Shown in pieces: positions 31,617-42,900 of a stretch of 64,000 nt of DNA; within the stretch, counting starts at the first letter, position 1; each line of letters begins with the position of its first letter. The DNA is taken from contig CAWBBV010000005.1 in NCBI GenBank assembly GCA_963787125.1, positions 75,831-139,830 of the forward strand, read 5' to 3'. Source of the stretch: an uncultured delta proteobacterium (lineage in GTDB: Bacteria > Desulfobacterota > Desulfuromonadia > Geobacterales > DSM-12255). The position numbers and the translations under genes were made by a program. Below the pieces are notes generated by a model. It had not been told where the DNA came from, did not search any database, and saw only the letters and a list, made by a program, of their open reading frames with translations.

Positions 31617-31855
31617 AACCACGTATCACATCGCAGCAGTTCACATCCGTATATCCAATGAGAAGACTCTAGCCAGCCAATAATTTCAGCGATGCCAACT
31701 TACATAGTAAATCCTAATTAGAAACACTGCCCGAGTATTTCCCAAAGACTTTCAAGCTTAAAGTCAACTCATTAGACTGTCCCTAGCTGTAATTTCTTTC
31801 GTATCAACTGAAAGCAGTCACCTTTCACCCCCCGATTGTCAGGCGTAACTAGCTA

Positions 31856-31903
31856 TATCTGCAATAAATTGCAGATAGCCACCACTCTGGCACTAATTGT
31901 GCT
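31856..31903 (+). promoter_or_regulatory. Sigma54 promoter plus adjacent palindromic operator for the giant cytochrome locus
   Basis: CTGGCACTAATTGTGCT (GG-N10-GC) at 31887-31903, preceded by the perfect IR TATCTGCAAT-AA-ATTGCAGATA at 31856-31877. Confidence 0.65.
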
Positions 31904-32120
31904 TTTGCCCTATCGGCTCTTTACGACTTTTAAATCTACCAGATTTGTTGCAGTGAATATAAAGCGCTTACGTATTATTTTATTTTTTTCATTAGCATAA
32001 GAACGTCATTTTACTTAAACCCTGCGTGCTTTAGCGTAAGCTCACTATTACTATATTAACTATTTTTAAAGTTACGCCTTAATATCTGGTTTGATGGTAA
32101 ACGTCAAAGGGAGATGCATT

Positions 32121-35100
32121 ATGGGTCAGCTTAGGACCAGTGACCGTGACGACACAAAGAAGGCGTCCCGGCTACAAGCAACTATAATGGCTACAGCGAC
32201 AACCTGCTTCGGGATCGGCATTTTCCTGACAATATGCTTGACCTCAATGACTTGTCTGGCCGCTATCCCGATGATGCACAATAGTGACAATGTTGGCACC
32301 AAGTATGGCACATGGGGGACAAGCTATACCTGCTCAACCTGCCATTCAAGCAGCGCAGTAACCCCAAACATCAAGCAGGTGCTCCCTGCAATAGCGACCC
32401 CTATCGGTTCACGGCCGGTTGAATTCAGGCGAGTTGAAGCATTTGACCATACATCATCCGGTGTACTGGGAGACGACCAGCGCACCTACAAAATAGACAC
32501 ATCAACCAACGTCTGCGAAGTCTGTCACCATAAAACCATGTACCACCAGTACAGCTCCAGCAAACTTCAGGATAAAGTTCATACGCAGCACAAGGACTTC
32601 CAGAAGGAGTGCCTTGTCTGTCACAGCCATAGAGTGGGCTTCATGCCCCCGCAGGTTGGCAACTGCACCGATTGTCACGGCTATCCGCCGACAAAGGCAG
32701 CAGATCTCTTCACCAAGATCATGGGAGCCTCCCCACCTGCCAATGGCGGCGCCCACGGCATTCACCGCCTGGAAGAAGGGATGCAGTGTAAAGCCTGTCA
32801 TAATAACAACCAGCATGGACTGCTTGGCAACGACGTCATGGAGTTCGGCTTCAATATTTACTCGGGCAGCTGGCCGAGCTTCAGCGGCAGGGTAACCTCC
32901 GGAACCATCAACATCAGTAATGACCCGAGTATCACCTGGACAATCGGCCCGGGGCAGCCAAATCTCGGCACAATCGTTAACCGGGTCAGCGGCACTGGGG
33001 CAACCTGCAGCATTTACTGTCACGGTGACAACTGGAACTACCCTTCAGGCTACAGCAGAACCGGCCCGATATCATGGGCGAACGGGCCTTTGGGGGCCTG
33101 CAGTAATGCCACCTGCCACGGCACCACCCCCACCAATCCGCCTACTCCGGTAATCATGGCTAACGTCTCCACCGGCGCTCATAAGCGCCATGTCGGCAAG
33201 AATCAGTATCTCTGCACTGCCTGTCACGACAGTTACGCCACGCCACACATGGTCAACGGCAGAGTCAAGTGGAACCTGAGTCAGCAAGGAACCAGCGCCA
33301 CTTATAAGGGCTTTAAAATATTTTCAACAAGCTATATGGCAACAACCGGCGCCTACGGTAGTTGCAACAACATCGCCTGCCACTCAACAGTTCAGAATTC
33401 AGACGGTTCCGGCATCAGTGCGGTTGTCTACCAGAGCGTCACCTGGGGCGGCGGTGCGCTTGCCTGCAACAGTTGCCATGCAAGCGTGATGACCAGCGGC
33501 AGTCACAGCAAACATACCACCGGTTATGACGACCGCTTCTCCTGCAGTGACTGTCACGACGGCGCAGGTAAAGACAATCCGGCCAAGCATGGCAACGAAA
33601 ACATTGATGTCGTTTTTAGCGCCACCTTCGGCGGCAATTACAGTCAGACAGTAAATGTTCCGGGCGATGGCTACGGCACATGTTCAGCCAACTACTGCCA
33701 CAGTGACGGCAATGGCGCAACCCGGACAGTTGCATGGGGAGCTGCCGTCAACTGCAGCAGTTGTCATGGCGGCGACGCCGGCAGCGGCACACCGATCACT
33801 AGCGGCAAACATGGCGCCCATATCAACCAGGCCGGCACTCTCGGCTCGAATTACGGCTGCATTGACTGCCATGCAAAAACAGTCAGCGACAACAACACCA
33901 TCAGCACCAAAGCCAACCATGTCAATAAGTTCAAAGAGTATTCCGGGATAAAGGCCGGCAAGAGCAGCAGCTACAGCAGCGCAACCGGCGTCTGTTCCGC
34001 CTCCTACTGCCATACTGACGGTAAGGGAACCCAGAAAGATCTGAGTGCCACCGGCTGGAACAGCGCGGCAACATTCGATTGCACCGGCTGCCACGGCTCT
34101 GATGCTGCGCCAACCTTCAGCAGCATTGCCGGCGAACCGAACTATGCCAATCAGGGTGCAGGCCAGACCCGGGCAAACAGCCATCAAAAGCATATGGGTG
34201 GCGTGGGTGCCACAAGCTGCCTTTACTGCCACGGCAATACCATGAACAGCGGCGGCACGCTCATTGTCGCCAGCACTACTCATACCAATAAAATTATTGA
34301 CGTCGCCCAGGGCGGCGGCAAAAGCTTCAGCTATACTTCCGGGACAAAAACCTGCGGGGCCATCAGCTGCCACGGCACAGGCTCTCCCCAGGCTCAATGG
34401 GGACAGACCATGCCGGCCGACTGCAGCGGTTGTCACGGCGGCAACGCCACAGCTGCAACGATCATCGCCACCGGAAAACATACTGCCCACATCAATAATG
34501 CCGCTGTCATCGGCGACAACATCGGCTGCAGCGAATGCCACGCCAAAACTTTATCGGCTGAGCGGACCATCGGCAACAGCGGCAATCATGCCAACGGCTT
34601 CAGCGACTATTCGGGGATAAAGGCAGGCAGCAGCAACAGTTACACAGCTGCCACCGGCGTCTGTTCAGCCAGTTACTGCCATACCGATGGCAAAGGGAGT
34701 CTCATCAGCATGGCAACTGATACCTGGAAGGGGACCACCACCCTTGGCTGCGCCGGTTGCCACGGCCGGGACGCTACCCCGGCATTCACCAGCGTCGCCG
34801 GTGAACCGAACTATGCCACCAGCGGCGGCAACCTGCTTCGTTCCAACAGCCACCAGGGCCATACAACCAAGGTTTCCGGCTATACCGGCGCCTCATCCTG
34901 TGATATCTGTCACACCAACACGGTCACCACCAACGGCACTGCTATCAAAGCCGGCTCAAGCCACCTGAGCAGAGGGATAGACGTTAATTTCAATGCAGCC
35001 AGAGCAACCGCCAGCTGGAACCCATTAACAAAGACCTGCAACAATATTTCCTGCCACGGTGGACAGAATGCCACCTGGGGCGACATATCCTCAGTCGCCT

Positions 35101-36143
35101 GCATTGTCTGTCATGGCAGCCTCTCCGCTACCCACGGTATTCATATCAGTGACCTTTTAACCAGTGGAGCAGTGACCTTTTACAACTTCACCGGCATCCG
35201 CAATTCCGGGACCGCCTACCGGATCGGCTGCGCCAACTGCCACCCGACCGACCCGTCCAAACACCGTAACGGCGTTGTCGACTTGACCATCAACAAGAAC
35301 AAGGTTGGCGCCAACTTTGTCGCCACACTCAACTCTCTGGCAACTGCCGACGGCATCAACATAGCAAACAGCGGTATCAGCGGCACAGCCGGCTCCAACG
35401 TCGTCTGCGCCGCGGCCTACTGCCATTCAAACGGACGGATTATCCCGCTCGGCGCCGGCGACTTCAAGGCTTCACCCAACTGGTATGCAGCGTCAATAAC
35501 TACCAACCGCTGCGGCATGTGCCACGACAACCCGCCGCAGTATGCCGGTCAGTCTCACTATGTTGCCACCTCCAGTCTGGGTAATAACGGTGTACCTCCC
35601 TATGCCGACAGTGGCCATATGGTCGGCATCCATTTTAAAACCACCGCCAAAGGGAACAATGAAAACGGCTTCCTCGGTTTCTCCTCCAGCGGCAACGTGG
35701 CTCATGGCAACGCCGCCGTAGCAACCACCATCAGCTGCTACATCTGCCATAGCGGCATTGTCAGTCCGGCCACCATCGACACCTACGCCATGAACGGCAG
35801 CACCAGCAAATTCCGCTGCGGCTCCTGTCATACCGGCAGTAGCCGCACCCGGCTGCAGAACGGCCTGATTATCAACACCGCCCTGCATATTAACGGCGTC
35901 AAAAATGTTGTTTTTTCCCCTACCAGTATCAAAACCAAGGCGCAGCTTGCCACCGCCGGCAACGCCCTTGGCTGGACACGTAATGGAATTTACAAGGCTG
36001 CAGACTCCTATGACAGCGCTGACCTGTCGGTTTCGACCTGGGATTCAGGCACAAAAACATGCCTGACAGCCTGTCACGTCAATCAGCCGAACATTATCTG
36101 GGGCGCAGCACTGCAGTGCGTCAGTTGTCACGCGAATCAATAA
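32121..36143 (+). CDS. Giant multiheme c-type cytochrome (CxxxxCH/CxxCH domain family), about 32 heme motifs
   Basis: Manual count 22 CxxCH plus 10 CX3-4CH; N-terminal hydrophobic signal; ATG at 32121 after AGGGAG. Confidence 0.9.
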   Translation: MGQLRTSDRDDTKKASRLQATIMATATTCFGIGIFLTICLTSMTCLAAIPMMHNSDNVGTKYGTWGTSYTCSTCHSSSAVTPNIKQVLPAIATPIGSRPVEFRRVEAFDHTSSGVLGDDQRTYKIDTSTNVCEVCHHKTMYHQYSSSKLQDKVHTQHKDFQKECLVCHSHRVGFMPPQVGNCTDCHGYPPTKAADLFTKIMGASPPANGGAHGIHRLEEGMQCKACHNNNQHGLLGNDVMEFGFNIYSGSWPSFSGRVTSGTINISNDPSITWTIGPGQPNLGTIVNRVSGTGATCSIYCHGDNWNYPSGYSRTGPISWANGPLGACSNATCHGTTPTNPPTPVIMANVSTGAHKRHVGKNQYLCTACHDSYATPHMVNGRVKWNLSQQGTSATYKGFKIFSTSYMATTGAYGSCNNIACHSTVQNSDGSGISAVVYQSVTWGGGALACNSCHASVMTSGSHSKHTTGYDDRFSCSDCHDGAGKDNPAKHGNENIDVVFSATFGGNYSQTVNVPGDGYGTCSANYCHSDGNGATRTVAWGAAVNCSSCHGGDAGSGTPITSGKHGAHINQAGTLGSNYGCIDCHAKTVSDNNTISTKANHVNKFKEYSGIKAGKSSSYSSATGVCSASYCHTDGKGTQKDLSATGWNSAATFDCTGCHGSDAAPTFSSIAGEPNYANQGAGQTRANSHQKHMGGVGATSCLYCHGNTMNSGGTLIVASTTHTNKIIDVAQGGGKSFSYTSGTKTCGAISCHGTGSPQAQWGQTMPADCSGCHGGNATAATIIATGKHTAHINNAAVIGDNIGCSECHAKTLSAERTIGNSGNHANGFSDYSGIKAGSSNSYTAATGVCSASYCHTDGKGSLISMATDTWKGTTTLGCAGCHGRDATPAFTSVAGEPNYATSGGNLLRSNSHQGHTTKVSGYTGASSCDICHTNTVTTNGTAIKAGSSHLSRGIDVNFNAARATASWNPLTKTCNNISCHGGQNATWGDISSVACIVCHGSLSATHGIHISDLLTSGAVTFYNFTGIRNSGTAYRIGCANCHPTDPSKHRNGVVDLTINKNKVGANFVATLNSLATADGINIANSGISGTAGSNVVCAAAYCHSNGRIIPLGAGDFKASPNWYAASITTNRCGMCHDNPPQYAGQSHYVATSSLGNNGVPPYADSGHMVGIHFKTTAKGNNENGFLGFSSSGNVAHGNAAVATTISCYICHSGIVSPATIDTYAMNGSTSKFRCGSCHTGSSRTRLQNGLIINTALHINGVKNVVFSPTSIKTKAQLATAGNALGWTRNGIYKAADSYDSADLSVSTWDSGTKTCLTACHVNQPNIIWGAALQCVSCHANQ

Positions 36144-36227
36144 TTTATGATGATTTCAGGATAATTCGAAGAATCACAATTTAAATGGCGCAGGATTACA
36201 TCAGAACATCAAAAAGGTGGGACTATC

Positions 36228-39200
36228 ATGAGAGTGATGCTAAACGCGGGTTCAAGTGAAAAAAGATTCTGGGCTAAGAGCTGCTGGTTACTGGTGCTCC
36301 TTTTGGTAATGGTGCTGCTGCCGTCAGGGAAAGCAGCTGCCGTTGACCTGATGCACAACAGCGTTGACACCGGCTCCGGCACTAAAAAGTGGCCGAACGG
36401 CTGGGGGGTCGCCGGCGGCAAGTACGGCCAGTTTATCTGTGCCACCTGCCATGAACCTGATGGCATCAATCTCAAGAATGTCCGTGGAGTTATTAACTCC
36501 ATGAACGGTGATCTCTTGCCGAACGGCACAACCGCCGTCAATGTCTCTTTCCAGAACCAGACCGGTATGGGTGATGACTCAAAGAGCCGCACCTCTTCAA
36601 ACCGGATCTGCGAAGTCTGCCACAGCCAGAACAAGTTCCATAACTTCAGCACCACCAGCAACATCAGTCATGGCGGCGCCATGAACCATCCGACACCAAA
36701 GCAGAACTGTATCAACTGCCACAAGCATAACACCGGCTTTAAAGCTGCCTGCGGTGGCTGCCACGGCAATCCACCGACAACCGCAGCCATTGGCGGCGAC
36801 TACGGACTGATCGGCACTCCGCGAGCCTCCAACACCATGACGCCGGGTGAGATTGGCGCCCATAACAAGCATGTCAATACCCATAACATGGTCTGCGACA
36901 CCTGCCACGATATTACCAATGGCGGCACCAAGATGCCCAACCAGAGCGGCACCATCCAGATCGGCTTTTTCGGCTTCGGCGGTAAGGTAACCTCTGGTAC
37001 CTACACCCCCTACTCCTCGACAAGCCGCGGTTTCAGCTTTGCCCCGGGCACCGCCACTACCACTATCGCCCCGAGTCAGACTGCTTACGCCAATGCCAAC
37101 ATTTGCTCCAATGTCTATTGCCATGGTGGCGGCGCACCGGGTAAAGCACCGCTGACCGGCGGCGTACTTACCACGCCCCGCTGGGATGCAGCCAATCAGG
37201 ACGCCTGCGGCAACTGTCACGGCGCCACCAACGCCACTCCGCCGACCATGGGCAGTCACACCATCCACGCATCAAGTGCCAGCGGCTACAATATCAGCTG
37301 CGATATCTGTCACCCGCAGAATGCCAACAATTCCCATGTCATGGGTTCGGTTCGCTGGCAGCTTAAAACCACCGACCCTAAAGTCGGCGCCAGTGCTACC
37401 TATAAAGGTCTGGCCACCGGCTCTACCGGCGGCCTGGCACCGAGTGACACCTACGGGCAGTGTTCCAACATTGCCTGTCACACTGATGGTAAGGGCGGCC
37501 CGGCCAATGTCGCCTCTCCGACATGGGGACAGACCTTGGACTGCTCCGGTTGTCACGGCGGTGCTGTCGGCCAGACAGTCCTGATAACCACAGGCAAGCA
37601 CGCAGCTCACACTAACAACGCCGCAGTCCTGGGCAGCAATTACGGCTGCGCTGTCTGCCACGCCAAAACTGTTAGCAGCGATACAGATATCAGTTCCATA
37701 ACAAACCATAACAATCAGTTCGTTGACTACTCCGGCGCAAAAGCCGGCAAGAGTGTCAGCTATGTACCGGCTACCGGCATCTGCTCATCTACCTACTGCC
37801 ACAGCGACGGCAAGGGGACTCAAATTACCATGACCGGCAGCGGTTGGAACAGCACCACAACCCTCGATTGCACTGGCTGCCACGGCAATGCCGCAGTTCC
37901 CGCTTTTACCAGCGTTGCCGGTGAGCCTAACTATACCAACCAGGGTGCCGGTCAGACACGGGCCAACAACCACCAAAAACATGTCGGCACAACCGGAGCC
38001 GTCACCTGCGCCTACTGCCATGGCGCTACCGTCAACAGTGGCGGGACAATTATCAACGCCAGCACAACTCATACGGACAAGAACATTGATGTTGTCCAGG
38101 GTGGGAGTAAAACTTTTACCTACGTAGCCGGCAGCAAGACTTGCTCCAACATCAGCTGCCACGGCGCCACAGCCTCCGCTATCCAGTGGGGGGCTAGCAT
38201 GCCGGTAGACTGTAGCGGCTGTCACGGCGGCAACCTGACCGCTGCCACAACTATCACGACCGGCAGACACACCGCCCACGTTAATAACGCCGCTGTTCTT
38301 GGCGACAACATCGGCTGCGTTGAGTGCCACGCCAAGACTGTCACTGCTGACCGGACTATTGCCGGGGTAAACTCTCACATTAACGGCTTTGTCGATTTTT
38401 CCGGCGCCAAAGCCGGCGGCAGCAGCAGCTATACTGCTGCAACCGGGGCTTGCTCTGCCACTTACTGCCATACTGACGGTAAAGGTACTGCTGTCAGCAT
38501 GATCGTCAATAACTGGCATGCTGGTACCAGCCTGACCTGCGCCGGTTGTCACGGCAGTGATGCAACCCCGGCTTTCACCAGCGTTGCCGGTGAACCAAAC
38601 TACGCCACAACCGGAGGTAATCTGCTCCGCTCCAACAGCCACCAGAACCACACCACCAAGGTTGTGGGCTATACCGGCGCAGCTTCCTGCGACATCTGTC
38701 ATACCAACACGGTCACCACGAACGGCACTGCCATCAAGGCAGGTTCAAGTCACCTGAACAAAGGGATCGACGTTAACTTCAATGCCGCCAGAGCGACCGC
38801 CAGCTGGAACCCACTAACAAAGGCCTGTAACAATATCTCCTGCCATGGCGGGCTGAATGCCATCTGGGGTGACATGGCATCGGCCGGTTGCAACGTCTGC
38901 CATAGCAACCTCTCCGCTACCCACGGCGTCCATATCGGCGATCTCTTGAGCAGTGGCGCAGTGACCTTCTACAACTTCACGGGCATTCGCAACTCAGGAA
39001 CTGTCTACCGGATCGGCTGCGCTAACTGTCACCCGACCGACTCTTCAAAACACCGTAACGGCATCGTCGAATTAACCATCAACAAAAATAAAGTCGGTGC
39101 CAATTACGTTGCCACTCTCAACTCTCTGGCAACTGCCGACGGCATCAACATAGCCAACAGCGGTATCAGCGGCACAGCCGGTTCCAACGTTGTCTGCGCC

Positions 39201-39932
39201 GCCTCCTACTGCCATTCAAACGGCCGGATTATCCCGCTCAGCGCCGGCGACTTCAAGGCATCACCTAACTGGTATGCAGCGTCAGTGACCACCAACCGCT
39301 GCGGCATGTGCCACGACAACCCGCCACAGTATGCCGGTCAGTCCCATTACGTAGCAGCTTCAACCCTTGGCAACAACGGTACGCCGCCATATAAGGACAG
39401 CGGTCACATGGTCGGCATCCACTTTAAAAACACCTCAAAGGGAAACAACCTGAACGGCTTCCTCGGTTACTCTTCCAGCGGTAACATGGCCCATGGCAAC
39501 GCAGCTCTTGCCACTACCATCAGCTGCTATGTCTGTCATAGCGGCATTGTCAGCCCGGCCACTATCGACACCTACGCCATGAACGGCACCTCCACCAAGT
39601 TCCGCTGCGGCTCCTGTCATACCGGCAGCAGTAGAACCAAGCTGCAAAACGGCTTGATTGTCAACACCGCCCTGCATATTAACGGCGTCAAGAATGTGGT
39701 GTTTTCTCCCACAAGCATCAAAACCAAGGCGCAGCTTGCCACTGCCGGTAATGCCCTTGGCTGGACCCGCAACGGTGCCTACAAAGACGCTGCTGCCTAT
39801 GACAGCGCTGACCTGTCAGTGTCAACCTGGGATTCCGGCACAAAAACCTGTTTGACAGCCTGTCACGTCAACCAGCCCAATATTATCTGGGGAGCAGCAC
39901 TGCAGTGCGTTAGTTGTCACGCGAATCAATAA
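36228..39932 (+). CDS. Giant multiheme c-type cytochrome (CxxxxCH/CxxCH family), about 29 heme motifs
   Basis: Manual count 21 CxxCH plus 8 CX3-4CH; signal peptide ending KAAA. Confidence 0.9.
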   Translation: MRVMLNAGSSEKRFWAKSCWLLVLLLVMVLLPSGKAAAVDLMHNSVDTGSGTKKWPNGWGVAGGKYGQFICATCHEPDGINLKNVRGVINSMNGDLLPNGTTAVNVSFQNQTGMGDDSKSRTSSNRICEVCHSQNKFHNFSTTSNISHGGAMNHPTPKQNCINCHKHNTGFKAACGGCHGNPPTTAAIGGDYGLIGTPRASNTMTPGEIGAHNKHVNTHNMVCDTCHDITNGGTKMPNQSGTIQIGFFGFGGKVTSGTYTPYSSTSRGFSFAPGTATTTIAPSQTAYANANICSNVYCHGGGAPGKAPLTGGVLTTPRWDAANQDACGNCHGATNATPPTMGSHTIHASSASGYNISCDICHPQNANNSHVMGSVRWQLKTTDPKVGASATYKGLATGSTGGLAPSDTYGQCSNIACHTDGKGGPANVASPTWGQTLDCSGCHGGAVGQTVLITTGKHAAHTNNAAVLGSNYGCAVCHAKTVSSDTDISSITNHNNQFVDYSGAKAGKSVSYVPATGICSSTYCHSDGKGTQITMTGSGWNSTTTLDCTGCHGNAAVPAFTSVAGEPNYTNQGAGQTRANNHQKHVGTTGAVTCAYCHGATVNSGGTIINASTTHTDKNIDVVQGGSKTFTYVAGSKTCSNISCHGATASAIQWGASMPVDCSGCHGGNLTAATTITTGRHTAHVNNAAVLGDNIGCVECHAKTVTADRTIAGVNSHINGFVDFSGAKAGGSSSYTAATGACSATYCHTDGKGTAVSMIVNNWHAGTSLTCAGCHGSDATPAFTSVAGEPNYATTGGNLLRSNSHQNHTTKVVGYTGAASCDICHTNTVTTNGTAIKAGSSHLNKGIDVNFNAARATASWNPLTKACNNISCHGGLNAIWGDMASAGCNVCHSNLSATHGVHIGDLLSSGAVTFYNFTGIRNSGTVYRIGCANCHPTDSSKHRNGIVELTINKNKVGANYVATLNSLATADGINIANSGISGTAGSNVVCAASYCHSNGRIIPLSAGDFKASPNWYAASVTTNRCGMCHDNPPQYAGQSHYVAASTLGNNGTPPYKDSGHMVGIHFKNTSKGNNLNGFLGYSSSGNMAHGNAALATTISCYVCHSGIVSPATIDTYAMNGTSTKFRCGSCHTGSSRTKLQNGLIVNTALHINGVKNVVFSPTSIKTKAQLATAGNALGWTRNGAYKDAAAYDSADLSVSTWDSGTKTCLTACHVNQPNIIWGAALQCVSCHANQ

Positions 39933-39979
39933 TGCGGGGATGGGTCATGCAGAGTGAAATCATTACAGAAGGTGAGAAA

Positions 39980-42900
39980 ATGAACTACAAGAGGAATATT
40001 GTGGCGTTATTACGCCGCATCAGCCCGGTGACACTGGGGCTGCTGGCTTTTCTCGCCTTCTGTATTGCTCTGACTGACCCGGCTGCCGCAGCTGATCTGC
40101 TCCACAACAGTAATGATACCGGCTCGGGCACCAGCAAATGGCCAAACGGCTGGGGTATTGCCGGTGGCAGATACGGCCAGTTTATCTGCGCCACCTGTCA
40201 TGAGCCGGATGCTGACAACGAGAAGAATATCAGGGCAACCATTTCGTCCATGAATGGCGACCTTCTGCCGAACGGTTCAACCTCGGTCGCCATAAATTTC
40301 CTGAATCAAACCAGCATGGGTGATGATTCAAAACCGCGCACCGCCTCCAACCGGATTTGCGAAGTCTGTCACAGTCAGAATAAATTCCACAACTACAGCA
40401 CCACCAGTAACCTCTCCCATGGTGGCGCGCTGGGGCATCCAAATCCCAAACAGGTCTGCGTCAGCTGTCACAAACACAATACCGGCTTTAAAGCAGCCTG
40501 CGGTGGCTGTCACGGCAATCCGCCCACATCGGCAAGCCTTGGCAACTATTCCGGCATGATAGGCACTCCGAGAGCTTCAAACACTCTCACTCCCGGCCAG
40601 CCAGGCGCTCACAGAGCCCATGTCAGCGACCATTCACTGGTGTGCGACACCTGTCACTATATCGACCCCCAGAGTGGCCAGTCCAGAATGCCTAACCAGA
40701 GCGGCACTGTCCAGATCGGCTTTTTCGGTTTTGGCGGCAAGGTCACCAGCGGCACATTTACGCCCTTTACCTCTGCCACAAGAGGCTATCCCTTTGCCGC
40801 AGGTAGCGCCGGCACCATTATCGCTCCCGGTCAGACCAGCAACGCCAATGCCAACATCTGCTCGAATGTGTATTGTCACGGCGGCGGCGCGCCGGGTAAA
40901 GCGCCGCTCACCGGCGGTACCAATCAGACACCACGCTGGGACGGCAGCGGCCAGACCGGGTGCGGCAGCTGTCACGGCGCATCCCCGACCGCGACCACCA
41001 TGGGTAACCACCAGATCCATGCCGGTTCGGCAACCGGTTACAGTTATGCTTGTAACACCTGTCACCCGGCCACTGACAGTTCACATGTCCAGGGGAGCGT
41101 TCGTTGGCAGTTCAGCACCACTGACCAGCGGGTTGCCGGAGCAAAATACCAGCCAGCCGGGGCGGCAACAGCGGAAAACTCCGGCGCCACCGGCAATCTG
41201 GCTCCCAGCAGCAGCTACGGCAGCTGCAGCAGTATCTACTGCCATTACAACGACACGCCTCAATGGGGAAGCAGCCTGGCGACCGACTGCAGCGGCTGCC
41301 ATGGCGGCGATGAATACTCGGCCAGCCCGATGGTAAAAGATGCCCACCGAACCCATGATTTTAACCGCAGCGCCCGTTTCGATCAATTTGACTTCAAATG
41401 CCAGGACTGTCACGCCAGTGTGGTAGATGCCACGAACAGGGTAATCACCAATAAGGCCCTTCATTCCAACGGCACCAAGGAAGTTGTTTGGAGTGCTCTG
41501 GTCACCAGGACCTCCGGAACGGTGGCCTATAACAACAATGATGCCAACTGCTCCACAACTTACTGTCACTCCAACGCTCTCAATGGCGCGCCCAATGTCA
41601 CCAGCCTTTCCTGGCTTGGTACCCCGAGCAGTCAGGAGGGGACCTTTACCTGTAACTCCTGTCATGGTGGTTTTGCCGGCGTGTTTAATCCATTAACCAC
41701 CAACAGGCATGCTTTTCACCTTAACAACCAGTATAAAAACTCAAATATCCCGCACGTACCGGTTACCTGTCATGTCTGCCACGACAACACCATCGGCCCG
41801 GACGGTCAGTCGATCAACCATAGTAACGGCCTGCACATTAACAAAAGCTATAATGTCACCTTTGCCAGGTTCGCCAACCGGTCGGGGTACTACACTCCAG
41901 GCACACTGCCAGCTAAAGGCACCTGTCGCTCGACATACTGTCACGGCAACAATAATCCGGTCTGGACCTCAACAACACTGCTTACCTGCGGCCAATGTCA
42001 TGAGGCAAGTAACCGCAACAACACTTTCTCGCTCTCTTCCAGCCATATAAAACATTACAACACTACGACCCGGCCTACGGCAGCAAACGGCTGGACGAAT
42101 GTCAATAATTCCACCGGCACCACCAACCGGTTCATGTGCGGGGTCTGCCATGCTGAGGATCCGGCAACTCACCACGTTAACGGCCAGGCCATGCCGAACG
42201 GCGCAGCCGCTGATTTGCTGATCAGTCTGCCGTTTACCGTGACCCCTTCCAGTCGCCAGTACCCGGCCGACGGTCTGCCGGTGATTACCAGGGGGACCAC
42301 GGTAATTCCTGACCGTGGCAATTATTTCTTTTCCCGCGAGACCACCTGCCAGGTCTACTGTCATAGTAACGCCCGCGGCGGCCCCCCGGTCAACACCATG
42401 TACTGGGCTAACACCACCACTTCGTGCGGCAATTGCCACAACAAGGCCGGAGACGCCGACCCGACCTGGTCCGGCGCTCATACCGACCATGAGACATCCC
42501 CGATAACGACGGCGATTACCTGCCAGGCGTGCCATTCAGCCACAGCCTCAGGAAACAATACCCTTGCCAGTCGCCGTGACCTGCATCCGAATGGCTTCAT
42601 TAATTTGACCGGCACGGTCAACACTTCGTTCCGCTGGAACGGCACCAACTGCACCAATAACAAGTGTCACTATGGCGGCACCACCCCCAACTGGGTGGGA
42701 GGAGTCTTTACCACCAGCCACTGCATCGGCTGTCATGGCGGCACCGCCTCCACCACCAATCCTATGAACAAGATGGGGCATGGGGCCCACATCAACAACC
42801 AGAGCGCCAAATTCGGCTCGCCCAGATACAACTGTAATGAGTGTCACAACACCGTTGTTTATGCCAATAACACCTCTATTCTTGGCCCGACACTCCATGT

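Noticed and set aside
33795..39932. Diversity-generating retroelement template/variable repeat pair
   Set aside because: Both copies are coding, differences are mostly synonymous and not adenine-specific, and no reverse transcriptase is in the window
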